A stretch of 64,000 nucleotides of DNA from a virus. Of the stretch, positions 60,779 through 64,000 are shown piece after piece. Each line of letters begins with the position of its first letter. Position 1 is the first letter of the stretch. A program made the position numbers and the translations under genes. Below the pieces are notes generated by a model. It was not told the origin of the DNA. It saw nothing but the letters and a program-made list of their open reading frames with translations, and made no database searches. The stretch lies in the IMG/VR virus record IMGVR_UViG_3300038620_000126, positions 1 to 64,000 of that record. One strand, written 5' to 3'.

Positions 60779-61231
60779 TTAATTTTTTTCTACATTATCA
60801 TTTAAGCTTGTTTCTACATTTTTTAATTTCTTTTTCATTTTTTCAGGAAACATTTCTAATTCTTCATTTACCACTTTAAGGGGGATTTCTCGCTTCTTTG
60901 CATAATATAATTTTATCTCGTATGAAGGTTCCCAATCACTTTTTTCTTTTTCTGATTTTACGGTTTTTGATTTTGCAAATATAAATTTAGGGGTTCTTTT
61001 AAATTTTCTTTTTAGGGTAAAGAACCATGCAAGTGTAGCTTTATCTGGCTTAACATGTTTATTGTTTAATGCATTAGATTGAAGGGGATAACCCTTAGCC
61101 AAAAATCGATTTAACATAAACCAATTTTTTGATAACTCACTAAAAGACTTATTTTGAAAATTTTTAGGATTTTCAAAAAAATCTTTAATGTAAGCCATTA
61201 AATCATCGGACTTTTGATTTTGTTTTGCCAT
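60779..61231 (-). CDS. Possible clamp loader small subunit (T4 gp62-like)
   Basis: FMLNRFLA...N.LN...KRK and IK.YY pattern; size fits. Confidence 0.45.
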   Translation of the reverse strand: MAKQNQKSDDLMAYIKDFFENPKNFQNKSFSELSKNWFMLNRFLAKGYPLQSNALNNKHVKPDKATLAWFFTLKRKFKRTPKFIFAKSKTVKSEKEKSDWEPSYEIKLYYAKKREIPLKVVNEELEMFPEKMKKKLKNVETSLNDNVEKN

Positions 61232-61243
61232 AGTTTTTATATA

Positions 61244-61831
61244 TTAAATGTGCAATGTCATGTCTTTAGGAGCTGGTATTTTTCCCCCAAAATAAGGATA
61301 CAGGTCGTAAGTCAGTAACTTGTCATACCAACTTACAGGAAAATCCAATTCTTCATAGGATTCAAAATCATTAATATCATTAATATTGAATAATGGTTTG
61401 TTTATTCTAATTTTATATACTTTGAATCGAACTTTTTTTACTTCTGTATTAACTTCTATAACAAAGTTGTAAAGTTCATTAACATTGATACTAGTTAAAT
61501 ATTTATGAATAAAACTGTTACTTAATTCTTTGTTGTAGTAATAAGCAAATATATCTATTTTGTTGCCATTAGGTCGCCATCCGAATCTAAGAGATTTGTA
61601 GTGATGATGAATAAAAGCTACACCAAAAACTTTGTTTATTTGTGTTAACAAATATTGTTTTTCTTTATTCGAAAAATCAGATAGCACTTTATCACTTATT
61701 AAACAGTTTTCATCAAATCTAACAATTTTATGGTATATGAAATTATTCTTAAAACTGTCAAGTAAAATTTTAAAGTTTATTTTAGATGAATTTGATCTAT
61801 GGGTGTGTTCTTTTATAATATGTTTTGACAT
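61244..61831 (-). CDS. Hypothetical protein (INK.FG..HH..S.RFGWR...LYPYFGG..PAP family)
   Basis: ORF track; beta-rich. Confidence 0.6.
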   Translation of the reverse strand: MSKHIIKEHTHRSNSSKINFKILLDSFKNNFIYHKIVRFDENCLISDKVLSDFSNKEKQYLLTQINKVFGVAFIHHHYKSLRFGWRPNGNKIDIFAYYYNKELSNSFIHKYLTSINVNELYNFVIEVNTEVKKVRFKVYKIRINKPLFNINDINDFESYEELDFPVSWYDKLLTYDLYPYFGGKIPAPKDMTLHI

Positions 61832-62412
61832 GATTGTTTTAGTGTTTCTGGTCTTTGTTTCAAAAAAGAATACAAGTTACTTAGCTTTTTAGAGACGGTG
61901 CTCTTATCTAAATGAAGTTTTTGAGATATTTCAGTTATCGTATAATCGTTTTCAAACATTAAAGATAAAATATATGTAGAATTTTCTATATCAAATTTGG
62001 ATCCCAAAAGTAATAATGTTAACTTTTCTTTGAATTCATTGTAATAATAACTTTCTTCATCTGTTAAATGGTTTTCAAACTCGTTCATTTCAAGTAAAGC
62101 GCAGTAAACTGATGCGCTTTTATGTTTCAATACTTTTCTCTTTGTACAGACAATAGCCCAGTTAATAAAATTCAACTTTTTCCAGTAATTAATAACATTG
62201 TGAAGATTTCCCATAAATTCTAAATAAGCATCACTTGTATCTTCAGTATTAAAGTTGTAATCTTTACAAATCTTATTTACAACCAAGTTTTTGTTATTAT
62301 GTGGACTTCCTAGTGCATAATATAATTTGTTAAAGTTTTTATCAGTTTTTTCAAGTTTATAATTTTCAGCTAATTCATTAATATATTGAATTTTTTCTGT
62401 TTTTTTACTCAT
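61813..62412 (-). CDS. ECF-like RNA polymerase sigma factor
   Basis: Region-2-like D...E....L......NF..WA and region-4 HTH TITEISQKLHLDKSTVSKKL. Confidence 0.6.
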   Translation of the reverse strand: MSKKTEKIQYINELAENYKLEKTDKNFNKLYYALGSPHNNKNLVVNKICKDYNFNTEDTSDAYLEFMGNLHNVINYWKKLNFINWAIVCTKRKVLKHKSASVYCALLEMNEFENHLTDEESYYYNEFKEKLTLLLLGSKFDIENSTYILSLMFENDYTITEISQKLHLDKSTVSKKLSNLYSFLKQRPETLKQSCQNIL

Positions 62413-62457
62413 TTTTTGTTTTTAAATTATGTGTTTACATGGAATAAATAAATTGAT

Positions 62458-62736
62458 ATGATCAAAGTTACAAAAACATATCTAGAAATAAAAGTCTGTA
62501 AAACAAAATATAGGCTTTTTCCTGCGTGGGTTAACAGCAAAAGACTTAAATGGCATGTTGACTTAGAAAGTAGACTTGTTCAGGTTTTAAATGGTAGGAT
62601 GTGGAAAATACAATTTGATAATGATATACCTAGATTTCTTTATAAAAACAAAACAGTTTACATTCCCAAAAACCACTATCATAGATTGTTAAAAGGTGAT
62701 GGGCACCTAGTAATTAAAATAAAAGAAATTAATTAA
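62458..62736 (+). CDS. Basic hypothetical protein
   Basis: AATAAATA at 62443. Confidence 0.55.
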   Translation: MIKVTKTYLEIKVCKTKYRLFPAWVNSKRLKWHVDLESRLVQVLNGRMWKIQFDNDIPRFLYKNKTVYIPKNHYHRLLKGDGHLVIKIKEIN

Positions 62737-62739
62737 CTT

Positions 62740-63618
62740 TTACTTATCTTCTGGATAATCAAAGTCATCCAAATCAACATCATAATCCCAATACTTAACC
62801 TTATCAAACTTTTCTTTATCTCTTAATAATGTTCTAAACGATTGTGGAGCATACTTTTTTTGAAAAAATCTACACCACTCATCATGTGGATTACAAAAAG
62901 CACTTGCTTCATCTACTTCTTCTGAAAAGGTTACTTTTTGTGGTTGATAGCGCGTTGAAATTTTGAATTCTGCAAAACCAGCAGGGGTTACATGTACATC
63001 TTCATTTGTGTGTTCAACCTTTTTCATGTACTTGCTGATTTTATCAATAAGGAATGGTTCTTCATCTGTTCTGCTTTCAAACCCTATCATATAAACACTT
63101 AGTTGGCGAACTTTTTTAAGACTTTTTATATAAATAATATGATCTTCAAATGGTTTTATAACATTATAAATTTTTTCTGGAAGTTTATCTTTTGGGTTCT
63201 TAACTTTTACTAAATATTCATTAAGTGTTTCTGGTACATAACCCTCACCAAGTACATGTTCATAATCTTCATAATTATCTTCTTCATCTTCGTCGTCATA
63301 CATTTTATCATTATATCCAAGGGGTGTGAGTATATCACCACTTCCAGTTTGTCCAGTATAAAAATCACCAGATGGTGCTTGAACTGGCCCCATACCACCT
63401 ACATTTGAAAGTGTTGCTTCATATTCACTAAGTTTCTTAGGCAGACCTTTTCTATCGGTTTCTGCATATTCTCTAGCTGTATCCATAGATACACCATCTG
63501 CTATATTTTTAACTTTTTTAGCTAAGCTATCACTTAATTCATCAAGATCCAATTCTCCTTGTTTATAAGCATATACCATTCCAAATAATCTTTGTTGTTC
63601 TTTACTCTTTGCTGGCAT
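62740..63618 (-). CDS. Late protein with MPAKSKxQQR (DUF3008-like) N-terminus and a capsid-arm-like segment
   Basis: MPAKSKEQQRLFGMV...A.T..KGLP.K; residues 68-96 resemble MCP residues 60-107. Confidence 0.7.
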   Translation of the reverse strand: MPAKSKEQQRLFGMVYAYKQGELDLDELSDSLAKKVKNIADGVSMDTAREYAETDRKGLPKKLSEYEATLSNVGGMGPVQAPSGDFYTGQTGSGDILTPLGYNDKMYDDEDEEDNYEDYEHVLGEGYVPETLNEYLVKVKNPKDKLPEKIYNVIKPFEDHIIYIKSLKKVRQLSVYMIGFESRTDEEPFLIDKISKYMKKVEHTNEDVHVTPAGFAEFKISTRYQPQKVTFSEEVDEASAFCNPHDEWCRFFQKKYAPQSFRTLLRDKEKFDKVKYWDYDVDLDDFDYPEDK

Positions 63619-63631
63619 TAATTACTTTTTT

Positions 63632-64000
63632 TTATTTATTATTTTTATTTGATGACAAGTTATTTTCATCTAATTTTGAACTACCTAAATCTCTAGGCTT
63701 ATCATTATACAATCTATCTTTATATAGGGGATATGGAGTTTCTGCAACTTCTGGATCAACAAAAATTCTTGGTTTAATACCATCTTGCATTCTATGGCCA
63801 GAGTGTCTAGATTCTGTTGGATCAAAAGATGGTATATAAGATTCTACTTCAAAATTAATCTCCATACTGATTTCATCTTCTATTGGATAACTAAACTCAG
63901 AACGGGTTTCTCTACTAAAGTCTTCTTGAAGCCCCATTTGAACAGGGATATTCATGTTTTCAAAATTTATGTAAAACTCTTGAACTTTATAATAATTTCT
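63632..64000 (-). CDS. Possible gp15-like tail completion/sheath terminator, C-terminal part (truncated by window)
   Basis: Frame open to position 64000; NIPV...D......I...NFEVESYIP pattern. Confidence 0.45.
   Translation of the reverse strand, partial: RNYYKVQEFYINFENMNIPVQMGLQEDFSRETRSEFSYPIEDEISMEINFEVESYIPSFDPTESRHSGHRMQDGIKPRIFVDPEVAETPYPLYKDRLYNDKPRDLGSSKLDENNLSSNKNNK

Noticed and set aside
1-64000. Stop-codon reassignment (code 15/4) as in some jumbo phages
   Set aside because: Core genes are full length in code 11; TAG and TGA end normal genes; the only in-frame stop within an otherwise intact gene is a TAA.
1-64000. tRNA/rRNA genes
   Set aside because: No cloverleaf or rRNA-like sequence recognised in the short intergenic regions (by eye only).

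Overview
AT-rich fragment of a large T4-related (jumbo-type) myophage. It uses the standard genetic code and probably infects a Bacteroidota-type host: leaders are A-rich without a Shine-Dalgarno sequence, and early promoters are TTGACA-N17-TATATT/TAnnTTTG. All family assignments come from motif recognition by eye; no searches were run. The left end is a receptor-binding and decoration module: a YadA-repeat fibre, a LamG gene broken by one in-frame TAA, further fibre genes, a sulfotransferase and a double GT25. T4-like core genes are scattered on both strands: gp2, gp19, gp13, gp17, gp20, gp46, gp23, a fused gp21-gp22, and probable gp62 and gp15. Other genes include an IMPDH/GMPR enzyme, a divergent MoxR-AAA / metallopeptidase-VWA pair, a Hef/Vsr-like homing endonuclease and an ECF-like sigma factor. 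Most late genes have AATAAATA just upstream. Highlights: (1) at least 10 mostly unrelated proteins carry a T4-type capsid-targeting leader (KxxTFxEFIxE), including a duplicated 90-bp terminator/promoter/leader cassette fused to different cargoes and two possible ART-like + LRR proteins; (2) the terminase gene holds only the C-half of an atypically split intein at the Walker A site, with no N-half seen in the window; (3) a small protein carries a copy of the mature major-capsid N-terminal arm; (4) a four-copy mosaic gene array; (5) a 154-bp duplication of the capsid gene 3' end flanks an inserted, frameshifted early gene.
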